A stretch of 64,000 nucleotides of DNA, from the NCBI GenBank assembly GCA_963802265.1, contig CAWDIC010000006.1, forward strand, positions 11,889 to 75,888, given 5' to 3'. Every line of letters starts with the position of its first letter. Positions within the stretch are counted from its first letter, which is position 1. The notes below the pieces were generated by a model. That model saw nothing but the letters and a program-made list of their open reading frames with translations, did not search any database and was not told the origin of the DNA. The stretch comes from an uncultured delta proteobacterium (lineage in GTDB: Bacteria > Desulfobacterota > Desulfobacteria > Desulfobacterales > CAWDIC01). Made by a program: the position numbers and the translations under genes. This document shows, in pieces, positions 52,948 to 63,409 of the stretch.

Positions 52948-53886
52948 CACTTTTTCCTTGATAGGCGATTTCCGGCCTTCCGTGCTAAGGCCTTGGCCGA
53001 GTCAATCGGGGTTATTTTTATTTGACGGTCGATCCAACGCACGGCACGTGAAATGGCCGCGCCCGGACCGACTTCTAAAAAGCAGCTTGGGCCGTTCGCG
53101 CTCAGTTTGCGGATCAAATCAAACCATCGCACGGTGACTTGCCAACTGGGAAGCCATGGTTAAGGCAAGGGCTTTTTTGTCTTGCGCCGTATCAAGGGTG
53201 GCGTAGGAAACAATCGGTATCTGCGGGTCTGATAAATGCGCCAGCGCTATTTCATTTAAAAAGCGCTTACAGGCTGCGGTCATAAAGCGGGAGTGGTAAG
53301 CAGTCTCAGCCGGTAAGAGGTAGGCATCGAGAGCACCCGCCGCCAGGCAGCGCTCCATGGCCTGTTTAACCGCCGGGGCGTTGCCGGAAATGATGACTTG
53401 GTGCAAGGTGTTGATGATGGCCACATCGACTTCGCCGGTTTGGATGCAGATCGCCGCCACGTCTTCATAAGGAAGGCCAAAGATTACAGCCATTTTACCC
53501 GTGATCCGCTGGCCCTCGTCCAAAAGAATTTTGCCGGCCAGCTTGACGGTGGCAAGCCCTTCGGCAAACGGCAATCCACCGGCTGCATAAGCGGCCGCAT
53601 AATACCCGGAACTGTATCCCGCCACCGCCTTCGGAACAATACCGGCCTGTTTTAAAAGGTCACTTAGAATGCAGCTGACCGTATAGACCGCCAATTGCGC
53701 ATTCAGGTCGGTGTTTAATACGTCGCGGGGCCCTTCAAAACAAATGCGGCTTAGTTTGCAGCCAAGCACCTCGTTGGCCTGGTCGAAACGGCGGCGTGCC
53801 TGCGGATAGATTTGGTAGAGATCGGCCCCCATACCCACATGCTGTGAGCCCTGCCCAGGAAAGAGACACACAATCCTTTCGTTCAT
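52947..53886 (-). CDS. FabD-type malonyl-CoA:ACP transacylase-like acyltransferase; one frame break
   Basis: Blocks LFPGQGSQHVGMG, the active-site AGYSSGYYAA (GxSxG variant) and the tail FLEVGPG. Pieces 53119-53901 and 52947-53132. Confidence 0.8.
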
Positions 53887-53960
53887 TCGCCCTACCATCA
53901 TATTTGTCGTTTAGAAATACATCCGGCAACTCAATGTCAAAGACGCCGGCCGGCAATGGT

Positions 53961-54597
53961 TCATTGATCGAGATAAAACGTAACTGCAGCGAGATGCGGT
54001 CGTGTTTTGTTGTTTTGAATTATAATTTGCTCTGGGAGCAGCGTACCCGTGTTTATCTCGATTTCAACAACGGCAATATGCCGGGCAATTTTTTCCTCTT
54101 TAGGCGCCATCGCTAGCCGGTAGCGGTTAAGATTCACTAACTTCGTGAGCCGTAAGTCGTAGTGCTGCTTTATTTTTTCGATCGAAGCCTCCCCATCGAG
54201 CCACATTTTGATCATCTGATCCGACCGGGACAAGCGCCTTTTTTTAACCACGCCTAATTCGGGATTTACAACCGTCACATATTGGTCCTCCATAAGAAGC
54301 TGCAATGCCGCAGGGCTGTTAACCCGGGTCAGCATTTTACCGTCGCGTTCGAAATAGATCAACCCCTCTGAAATGAGCGGTTTCCGCAGAAGCCTGGAAA
54401 TCCGTTCTTGATTAAATTGCACCACCAAAGTTTTGATGGTTGACGCCTGCGTCTTGATGTCGGCCAGCACCTGATCCGGATCCGTCAAGGGCTGACGATT
54501 CGGCGGCCGAAGCGCAGGCGGATTGGATGCCAGGATCGTAATCACAGCAAACAACACAAGCAAGTCGCATACGAGAGTGATCAATTCTTGCCATCAT
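53961..54597 (-). CDS. LolA-like outer-membrane lipoprotein-carrier family protein
   Basis: Signal-like N-terminus with LVVQFNQERISRLLRKPLISEGLIYFERDGKM. The ATG at 54597 overlaps the radical-SAM stop (ATGA), which implies an early indel. The uninterrupted ORF starts at TTG 54584. Confidence 0.6.
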
Positions 54598-55874
54598 AGG
54601 CTGTTAAGGGTTCTTTTCCAGGCCTGACGAAAGCCGTAATTTTGAATGCCGAAGAACAGGCCGTTGCGGTGAAACGGAAACAGCCGTTTGATGATCGATG
54701 GATATCCATACAGCCGTTTGTAAGACCAGTTGAACCCCTCTTGTAATGTCTGCGGGGTCATTTTTTTGGTTTAAAAACGACGTGATTCATATCGTATTTT
54801 TCCCAGTCAGTGTGCAGGATACGGTTTTCGCGCATCAGCGCTTCGTGGATCCGCGTTCCGGGAAAGGGTGTCAGGATTGAAAAGAGCGCGGCTTCCAGGC
54901 CCGTTTTTTCGATAAACCGCAACACATCGGAAAAAATGGTTGTATCATCCTGGTCGGTGCCAAAGATGAAGGAGCCCTGAATCCCGATGCCGTGATCATG
55001 AATTGCCTTGATGGCTTCCCGGTACTCACTGACCCGATTGACCGATTTGCCCATGGCTTGCAGGCTCTCCTGGGATAGGCTTTCAAATCCGATAAACAGC
55101 CCTTTGCAGCCACTTTTTTGGGCCAAATCAAGCAGCTCCTGATCTTTGACAATGCTCAGGGATGCCTGGCTGAACCACTTGAGCTTCAATGGGAATCAAG
55201 GCCTTGAAAAGTTTTTTGGCATGCGCCGGTTTGCCCACAATATTGTCGTCAACAAAAAAAGTAAAACCGCCTCCGGTCTGATCTAATTCATCGATAATGT
55301 CCTGGACCGTGCGCATCCGATAGGTGCGACCATAAAAAGAAGTAACCGAACAGAACTCGCAGTCAAAAGGACAGCCCCGGGTGGTTTGAATCGTGTTGAT
55401 AAAGAAGTAGGCCTTGTGCTGCAAGAGATCACGTCTGGGGATGGGCAACCGATCCAAACTGCAAAATCCGTCCGGACGGTAAACGGGCTTAAGCGCTTGG
55501 TTGCTAAAATCAGCCAGGACCTGCGGCCATGTGGTTTCGGCTTCTCCCTGAACGACCGCATCGGCATGGCGGGCGGCTTCATCGGGCATCATGGTGGGAT
55601 GAATGCCCCCGAGGACGACAGAAACCCCTTTGGATCGGTAGGTGTCGGCGATTTTATACCCGCGCTGGGCCAAAGGCGTCATGATCGAAATGGCGACCAG
55701 GTCTGGCAGGTCTTTAAAATCAAGCGGACGCACATTTTCATCGATGATGGTGACTTCCCATTGATCATCGGTTAAAGCTGCCAAGGTTGTCAGGGCAAGA
55801 TAAGGAAAGCGGAAGACAATCTGCCCCCACAGGCTGTTTTCAGGCCACTTGGGTGCAATAATGAAGAGTCTCAT
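54594..55874 (-). CDS. B12-binding-domain radical SAM protein; two frame breaks
   Basis: N-terminal cobalamin-binding-like region (VAISIMTPLAQRGYKIADTYRSKGVSVVLGGIHPT) and the radical SAM motif RGCPFDCEFC. Pieces 55128-55874 and 54758-55189, plus a tail to TGA 54594. Confidence 0.8.
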
Positions 55875-56780
55875 GGGCGTTCGCCTTGGGCACCTGGCCG
55901 GTTAATGGGATCCGGGCAATACCATTGATCCGGGTAACGGCGGATATATTTTTCAAATACACGTGCAATTTTGGCCAGGTTGATTGCGATGACCTCGTCA
56001 CGGTCGCCCTCGGTTTCCAGGGCGATCGCTTTTTCCGTGATTCCGAAGTAGCGGTCGTCGTGGCCCTTTAGAACAAATGCGGGGATGAGGGCGGCACCGG
56101 ATTTGCAGTGCCAGGGTAATGGGCCCGACGGGAAAATTAACGAGCTGCCCGAAAAAACGTGTCGGCTGGCCGCTACCGAAAAAATCTTTGTCACCGACCA
56201 TTGCCACGACCCCGTTTTGTCGGAGATGCTGCAGAATATCGATGCCTGCAAAGGGCGACCCCGTGACTTCGATTATTTTAATGCCCGTGCCTTTTCTGAG
56301 CCTGTTTACCAGCGCGTTGGTGGACGAGGCGTTGTGCGGCAGCGCAACCACGGCCAGGGAATAATCGGCCAGGCGCATCATGGTGCCGCCGAACTCCCAG
56401 TTGCCGATATGCGCCGATAGCAGAATAACGCCCCGCCCTTTGGCCAAGGCCGCATGCATGATATCTTCACCGTAAACGGTTTTGAAATAGCGCTGGACTT
56501 GGCCCGGCGGTAATTGGGGCATGATGAAAAAATCGGCCATGTATTGACCGTAATTATAAAAGGTGCGGCGTACGGTCCGCCGTATGAAGGGGTCGCTCGG
56601 CGAGCGATCGAAGGCCAGTGCCAGGTTGTGGGCCAGCCCCTGACGATCCCTCTTCGAAAAGGCATAAACGACAGATACGACGATCTTGGCGATCAAGCGG
56701 CATAGGCCGACCGGCAGCCGGCCGGCGGTCAGATAGATGGCATAATAGGAAATTGGGCGGTCTAAAATGTGTTTTCGCAT
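55871..56780 (-). CDS. LpxL/HtrB-family (lipid A-type late) acyltransferase-like protein; one frame break
   Basis: N-terminal TM helix and the block LLSAHIGNWEFGG (HX4E/D-type). Pieces 55998-56780 and 55871-56251. There is an ATGA overlap with the radical SAM gene. Confidence 0.7.
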
Positions 56781-57529
56781 TAGGTCAAGGTGCCGTAGGT
56801 TAAGTCAAGATTTTGGGCGACGGCGGTTTTGACGGCGTCCATCAATTCACGGGCTTGGCCAGGATCATAAAGGGTCGGGTCAATCGGGTCGCCGATGATG
56901 ATTTCCATTTTTCCGGGCATGAGCGCCAAGGTTCCCTTGGGTAGGGCGAAGCGGCCGCCGTTCACCGTTACGGGCAGGACCCGGAGGCCGGAGGTTAACG
57001 CCATGGTCGCACCTCCCAGCCGGAAGTCACGCAAGCGGCCGTCCGGGCTGCGTGTTCCCTCAGGAAAAATGACCACGGATGTACCCTTGTGAAGACCAAC
57101 GGCCTTGGCTTTAAGGCGCTGGTAGGCTTTTTGGGGGTATTTACGATCAATATAAATATGCCCCATGCGTTCCAGGGCATAGCCGAAAAGCGGCACTTTA
57201 CGGAGTTCCTTTTTAACGATCCACCGAATCTGCAGCGGGAGCTTTCCGATCAGGGCCCAGACATCGAACAGGCTTTGGTGGTTGGACATCACGATATAGG
57301 TCTGCTTGGTGTCGATCTTCTCACGGCCTTTGAGTTTAATCCGGGTGCCTGAAAGATAGAGGTTGAGAAGCGACCAGAAGCGACCCACAAAGTGAACCAA
57401 ATTGCCGTGACGGTCGAAAAGTGACATGAGGACGACAACTATGGCCAGAAGGGCGGTATTGACAAACAGCAGGATAAGGTAAAAGGGGCGCCATAAGGGA
57501 TAGATGACCCATAAGAGAATAATTCGCAT
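56780..57529 (-). CDS. PlsC-type lysophospholipid acyltransferase (LPLAT)
   Basis: Intact 249 aa with N-terminal TM helices, the NHQSLFDV (HX4D) motif and VVIFPEGTRS. Its stop shares 1 nt with the next start. Confidence 0.85.
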   Translation of the reverse strand: MRIILLWVIYPLWRPFYLILLFVNTALLAIVVVLMSLFDRHGNLVHFVGRFWSLLNLYLSGTRIKLKGREKIDTKQTYIVMSNHQSLFDVWALIGKLPLQIRWIVKKELRKVPLFGYALERMGHIYIDRKYPQKAYQRLKAKAVGLHKGTSVVIFPEGTRSPDGRLRDFRLGGATMALTSGLRVLPVTVNGGRFALPKGTLALMPGKMEIIIGDPIDPTLYDPGQARELMDAVKTAVAQNLDLTYGTLT

Positions 57530-57735
57530 TTTGTTGTTTGCCCGTGCATGGCTGTTGCTGGCGGTAAAGGTAATTTATCCTTTACAGTCAAGCGGTATTG
57601 TATTAAGGATCGCCTTTGGTTAGCGGTGTGCCCCTTGTACCAGGGCACGATCCGGATACGCTAAACCCTTCCCCGAGACGATGCCGGGACCTATGTCAAT
57701 TATGCCAAAGACTGCCAAATGTCAAATTGAATAGT

Positions 57736-58329
57736 ATGCGAATTACGATGCAGCAAACCATCCCAGGGATCGCAGGTGCGGGCTGCTGGCGGATCTGGGC
57801 CGCAGCAGGGGTCGTTAGCCTGTTCCTTCTAATAGGGTGTTCAACCAAATATCGGGTGGAATCGACCCGCTACGCCGAGTTTGATGGCGAGATCAATCAG
57901 CACTCCCGTTTGATTCAAGCACCGGCACACCGATTGTTTGAGATCGTCACGGATGCAGATCGTTTTCAGGCAATTTTACCGGAAGGGACCGTCTTGACCC
58001 ATGAAGACCCGCCCCCTTATCAAGCCGGTGCAACGGTGCGCATGCACATCAACCACATTTTCAAACTTACCTGGCAATCACAGGTCGAGGAAGTCATACC
58101 GGACAAGAAAATCAGGCTGACTTTTTTAGATGGATTTTTTGCCGGAGGGGCCGAAATCTGGGAGTTTGAAAAACAAGCTGACATGACGCGCACAACCCAC
58201 ACGATTATCGTCGATCCCAAAGGCTTCTGGCGTAAGTTCGCCTGGAATCTGAAAGTTCGATTGAAGCATGATAAGATGGTGGAACAGATGCTGGACAATC
58301 TGGAACAGGTTGCCACGGAGCCACCCTAG
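57736..58329 (+). CDS. SRPBCC (START/polyketide-cyclase-like) lipoprotein
   Basis: ATG 57736 and the lipobox LLIGCS. The ~150-aa SRPBCC-like region is QAPAHRLFEIVTDADRFQAILPEG...WEFEKQADMTRTTHTI. Confidence 0.6.
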   Translation: MRITMQQTIPGIAGAGCWRIWAAAGVVSLFLLIGCSTKYRVESTRYAEFDGEINQHSRLIQAPAHRLFEIVTDADRFQAILPEGTVLTHEDPPPYQAGATVRMHINHIFKLTWQSQVEEVIPDKKIRLTFLDGFFAGGAEIWEFEKQADMTRTTHTIIVDPKGFWRKFAWNLKVRLKHDKMVEQMLDNLEQVATEPP

Positions 58330-58375
58330 TTTAGACAATGCCAAAGCAACGACCGAAATACAACAGCGATTCCGC

Positions 58376-59213
58376 ATGACCTCTCCGTCACCTTGCATTT
58401 TATGCGGCGCCGATCGTATTCAGACCATCCTGACCCAGGGAAGATGGCACTATCAGGCATGTTGTAACTGTGGTTTGGTCGCGCTACACCCCCGTCCCAG
58501 CCTGCAAACCCTGATGCACAATTATGACGCCTATTTACCGGACGATACCGCGGCTATTCGGCAGTGGGAAAAGCTGGTCACACCGGTTGTCGATGTTTCC
58601 GCTGAGTTGATTGCTGACCGCATGCCCAAAACCGGTCGGTTACTGGATGTTGGTTGCGGGTTTGGATTTTTCATGGAACGCATGTGGCGCGCGGGTTGGT
58701 CCGTAGAAGGGATTGAAGTGTCGGCGACCGGCAGGTGTTATGCCCGCCAACGCTGGGGTTTTGACATCCACCCACAGCCTTTAGAAGAACTGGCCCTTGC
58801 CAAGCATCGTTACGATGTCGTCACCCTGTTTTATGTGATCGAGCACGTCGACGACCCCATCCGGGTATTAAAAACCGTCAATACGCATTTTAAAACCCGG
58901 AGGCTTGGTTTTGTTGCGCTGGCCGCATACCACCCCCATTGTAAAACTGCTGAGACCGTGGGCTCACCGGCTGGACTTGTACCACACGCCCTATCACCTG
59001 TACGACTTTTCGCCGACGAACATGACCCGGTTATTGGAATTGACGGGTTTCAGCGCGATTGAAACGGTCATCGGCGGCCATACCCACCCCAATCATCGAT
59101 TGAGCCGCTGGGCAACGACCGCCTTTGGTCGCCTGGCGCAAGCCCTTTATACGGTTTCCAAAGGCCGATGGCTGCTGCCCGGTGTCAGTAAGACAACCCT
59201 GGCCCGCAGTTAA
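58376..59213 (+). CDS. Class I SAM-dependent methyltransferase with N-terminal Cys4 zinc ribbon; one frame break
   Basis: CILCG...CCNCG, then SAM motif I LLDVGCGFGFF. Pieces 58268-59062 (true ATG 58376) and 58905-59213. Confidence 0.75.
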
Positions 59214-59262
59214 CCTGCGCCCCAACCCAGGTTATAGTTATTGCCAAAACAACTTTCGAATT

Positions 59263-59469
59263 GGCCTGAGGGTCACCCTATTTTTTTAAAAAGGCATATC
59301 ATGATGAATCGGCACGGCTAGCGGAGTGCCCTGCCGGATTGATGATGTTTCCACGGCCTCATTTTACGACCATGCGGCCTACTTTCATCATCAATCCGGT
59401 GGGCACAAGTTCAGGCTTGTGTTGATATGCCTTTTTAAAAAATAGGGTGCCCCTCAGGCCGTGGCTCTA
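59263..59469. repeat. ~200-nt nested imperfect palindrome (MITE/REP-like element) between convergent genes
   Basis: Outer arms 59263-59301 and 59423-59460 (39/38 nt, one mismatch plus one homopolymer length difference). Inner arms 59326-59347 and 59386-59406. A solo arm copy lies at 29892-29935. Confidence 0.85.
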
Positions 59470-59490
59470 TCGCCTTGGGAGACAACGCTT

Positions 59491-62015
59491 CTACTGTTTT
59501 AATTCCATGATTTGAAAAAAGGCCGGTAGAATGATCAAAGAGGCGGCCATACAGGCCGTGATGCCGAGCACGGAGACATAGCCCATACTCCGCAGGCCGG
59601 GATAATGCGAAAGGGTGATCGATCCAAACCCGATCAGCGTGGTCAATGATGTCAGGACAACGGCCCGCCCGGTTCGACGCAGCCCATCCGGCCGATAAAG
59701 CGGGGCGGTTTGGCGGTAGGTATTGGTGAAATGAACACCGTCATCCAGACCGATGCCCACAATCATGGGAAGGATCATGATATTGAGGAAGTTATACTCG
59801 ATCCGCAATACGGCCATCAGGCCTGAAAGGACGGCCAGTCCGGCCATCAAAGGCAACAAAGACAGCAGGACCGCTGCCAGGTTACGGTAATAAAGCATCA
59901 ACACGATCAGGATGCTGATGCCGGCCAGCCCAAGTGATGCTCGCAGGTTTTTAAAATGAGGTCTTTCAGATCGCCGGTTAGGAGATTGGCACCGGTCAGG
60001 ATATAGCTGTCGTCTGCGATCCCCTCTTCATTGAGTGCATGCATGAGCATTTTTTTAAATTGATGCACGTCGGCCCGCAGCCAAAGATCTTTGGCCGGTT
60101 GAATGTAAATGACCGTTTTAAGCGGTTGTCGGGTTCAAGGACAAACGTCTTGAGCAGATCTTGCAGCCCCATGGCCTGAAGGGTTGAAGGTAACAGAACC
60201 TCTTGCGCGGCGAATGCCCGGGAAGGCTGGCAAAGTAGGGTTCGTAGAGGTCGGCTACCTTGAAACCTTCCTCCTGCATGACCCGGTTAAACGTTGTCTG
60301 AATGCGGTTGATATCGAAACGGTTGGGCTGTTGCCGAATCACAGCCAGGTTGCGGTGCTGCTGCTCCGGCGAGGGCAGATATTGACTCAGCGCCTTGATA
60401 CCGGCGATATGACCGGCCTGTTCGAGTGCGCGCAAAGCGTTATAGGCTCGGGCATCCGCTTCAAGGACCTGCGTTTTCGGTGTCCCCTGATTGACCAACA
60501 GGATGGTCCCAATCGATCCGCCCAGCCATTCGCTCACGCGTTCCTGCAAAGCCAGGGTTTCGTTGTCAAACGTTCGAAAGTTTCTCAGGTTGTCGTCGAA
60601 GGTCACCCCCCATCCGGCAATCGTCAACCCCCCGATCAAGATACCGGTCAGGATCAATACCAGCCGCGGGATTTTTCTGCAGGTTATGCAAGCAAGGTTT
60701 TAAACCGAAATCGGCAATGGTGATCGGTTTGGGTCTTCGTGAAGGATGTTCAAAGAAGACGAGCAGGGCCGGCAGAAACAGCGTCATGGCGGCAAGACTG
60801 AAAACAAGACCGGTACCGGTCATGATTCCCAATTCGCGGAACCCTCTGAAATCGGATACACTAATGGCAAAAAAAGCGACGGCGGTGGTAATACCACCGA
60901 TAATGATCCCCATCCCGGCTTCGTCAAAGGTCTGTTTGAGCCGCTTTTGGGGTGCCAGCGATACGCTGTGAGAATCAAAATAACGGTTAATGAAATGAAT
61001 CGCAAAATCAATCCCCAGCCCGATGAGGACGCAGGCGAAGATGCAGGTCAAAACATTGAGGCGTCCAAAAACGATCACCGCGAATCCGATCGTCCATAAA
61101 AGGCTGCAAATCAAGGGCAAACCGACGTAAAAGAGAATTCGTATGGTTCGAAACGCAAGTGCAAAAAGGATCATAACACCCACAAAGGAGGTCAGAAGCG
61201 TGATCTGGATATCTTTTTTGGTCGTGGCTTCGTCGCTGATCGCAATGGGATATCCGCCCGTATAATGGACCTTCAGCTCTTTCAGGGGACGCTAGCAAGC
61301 GCTTATCCGATTCCTTAAGGGCCGACTGTTCCTGTTTCCGCACCGTTTGCATCAGGCGTTTGCTGAAGGCAATGTTCTGGGGTGGTTCGGTGGGGGTGAT
61401 AAAAAGAAAATACATACCCTCATCGGCCGTGCGATAGATTCCAGGCGAAGGCGACAGCGCTTGTTGCGGTCCAGTTCCCAAGTCGCGGCGAGGGCCAAGA
61501 ACATCTCTTAATCCCAAGGGATCAAGCGCGATTAGTTCTTGCGAGGCGATGCCCAACGGGGTCATTAACAGCTGTCGATTGGTGCGAACCTGGGTGGCGA
61601 TTGCTTGGTCGGAGAGCTTGTGGGCCAGGTTTTCCAGCTCCTGTGTATTCAACAAAAGCGGCAGGTATGCCAGCAGATGGTCGAAGCGTTTGGGCCAGTC
61701 GATTTCCGGGGTTCGATAATTGACTGTTTGTATCAAAGGACTTTTTTCAAGTCGGTGCGCAAACTTTTCGACGAAGGCCTCGGCCGCTCCAGCCGCAAGG
61801 TGGTCCGGTCTCTCGACTACAGCGATCAGTCGTGACTGAAAGCCGATTTCATCTGCAATTTCGAAAAAGGTTTTGACTCCCGGGTCCGCGCTCGGCAGGA
61901 GTGAGAAAAAATTGGGGTCCAGGCGCAAATGTAAGGATAGCAGGATTGCGATTAATGATAGCGCCGCGGCAGCAATCAGGATGATTTTATGAAAACGGTA
62001 AACGAATTGGGACAC
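59491..62015 (-). CDS. MMPL/RND-superfamily lipid exporter; at least three frame breaks
   Basis: Colinear pieces 61008-62015 (N-terminal TM plus periplasmic loop), 60566-61183 (TM bundle GLGIDFAIHF), 60118-60657 (second loop) and 59491-59904 (second bundle GIGLDDGVHF). Confidence 0.8.
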
Positions 62016-62038
62016 AGGTATCTCACCTTCGGCAGGTT

Positions 62039-62542
62039 TTAGGACCTAAAACGATGCCAGAGTTCCAAAATAGCCTCACCAACGCCCAGGAGCAATAGGC
62101 ACCCCAACAGACTTCCAATGATCAAAAGGAGATAGCCTATCGGCTTGGGGAGCCGTAATAATCGGGCCAAAAGGACGCCGCTTAACATGCCGCAGCCCTT
62201 TAACGGCAGCATGGTTACCAATACAACACCCGGAACACCGGTCAATTGAAGCCAACGCAGCAGCTTTGAGCGTTGCAGGGCTTCCTTGTGCCGCGCGCTT
62301 TTGAAGCGAAAGCGCCGCAGCAGGGTACTGTTTCCCAAGGCGCTGAAAAGATGATAAAATAGTGGAATTTGCAAGGTGTCCAACAGGACAACCACAACCA
62401 CGATAAAGCTGATTTTATAGCCGAGGAGCTGCGCACTTAGGACGGCTGCCGGGCGGCCGCCCAAAATATAAAACGGAATAAAATAGATGACAAAATGGTC
62501 TGCCAGGTTCTGTTTTAAATATGCCAGGAGGTCTACTATCAA
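62039..62542 (-). CDS. Small polytopic membrane protein, function unknown
   Basis: Intact 167 aa with about four TM helices. It lies between the deacetylase and MMPL genes in the same orientation. Confidence 0.45.
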   Translation of the reverse strand: MIVDLLAYLKQNLADHFVIYFIPFYILGGRPAAVLSAQLLGYKISFIVVVVVLLDTLQIPLFYHLFSALGNSTLLRRFRFKSARHKEALQRSKLLRWLQLTGVPGVVLVTMLPLKGCGMLSGVLLARLLRLPKPIGYLLLIIGSLLGCLLLLGVGEAILELWHRFRS

Positions 62543-62551
62543 GTTAGAGGC

Positions 62552-63409
62552 CTAATTATGCCGTGGCGCGGGTTTGGTATTTGGTGATTGTTTCAAAAAA
62601 TAGGCCATCGATGAAAACTGGAAATCATCGAGCAAGCGCATCAGCCGCTTGGCCGTCGTTTCGATGCACGCTTCCAGAACAAAACGTTTCGCCAGGGGTA
62701 AGGCAACACGCGGGTTGTTGCGATCAAATTCTCGGGGATGCAAAAAAATTACCGCCGGATGGCCTTGGGCATTCAGCTCGCTGATGGATTTTTTGATCAG
62801 CCGATACGGGAAGACACGTAAACCCCAGCCGCCGCCAATCGGAAGATTCCCTACCCGGGTACGGGCCACCAAAGGAGGCAGCTCCCAAAGGGGTCCCGCC
62901 GCCAGAAGCTTGCGATGCGGAATCGAAGGGTACTGCGGATTGCCGATAATCGGTAGCGGCGTCATACTCGAATCGTAAGTGAATCCTTCTTCGCAAAGAA
63001 TATCGAGCGCCCATAGAGAATCGTCCCGGATCGACCACTCCGGAGCGCGGAAGCCATAAACCTTTTTACCTGTAATAGCGGCGATGGCCTGGACGGCCTT
63101 GCGCAGGTCTTGCCGGAACTGGACGGGGGTCATGCGGTAAACCTGCTCATGGCTGTAACCATGCGCAGCAATTTCATGCCCCTGAGCGGCAATGTTACGG
63201 ATGAGCAGCGGATGTCGGTCAGCGACATACCCGAGAATGAAAAAGGTGGCTTTGACTTGCCGCTGTGCCAGAAGATCGAGAATCATACGGGTGTTGATAT
63301 CCACGCGGCTTTCAAGGGTGTCCCAGCGTGAGGCTGGCAGGTGACGCTCGACACCACAGATATGAAACCAGTCTTCTAGATCAATGGAGAGGATGTTCAT
63401 GGCGGTCAT
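62552..63409 (-). CDS. Polysaccharide deacetylase family protein (DUF3473-containing type)
   Basis: Intact 285 aa with LSIDLEDWFH, ATFFILGYVA and GHEIAAHGYSH (NodB-fold metal motifs). The ATG overlaps the ATP-grasp stop (ATGA at 63406-63409). Confidence 0.8.
   Translation of the reverse strand: MTAMNILSIDLEDWFHICGVERHLPASRWDTLESRVDINTRMILDLLAQRQVKATFFILGYVADRHPLLIRNIAAQGHEIAAHGYSHEQVYRMTPVQFRQDLRKAVQAIAAITGKKVYGFRAPEWSIRDDSLWALDILCEEGFTYDSSMTPLPIIGNPQYPSIPHRKLLAAGPLWELPPLVARTRVGNLPIGGGWGLRVFPYRLIKKSISELNAQGHPAVIFLHPREFDRNNPRVALPLAKRFVLEACIETTAKRLMRLLDDFQFSSMAYFLKQSPNTKPAPRHN

Noticed and set aside
59491-62015. The MMPL exporter plus the B12-radical-SAM gene might form a hopanoid (HpnN/HpnP/HpnR) locus.
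   Set aside because: No squalene-hopene cyclase, squalene synthase or other hpn genes are in the window. The neighbours (LPLATs, LolA-like, FabD/FabZ) point to acyl-lipid rather than triterpenoid chemistry.
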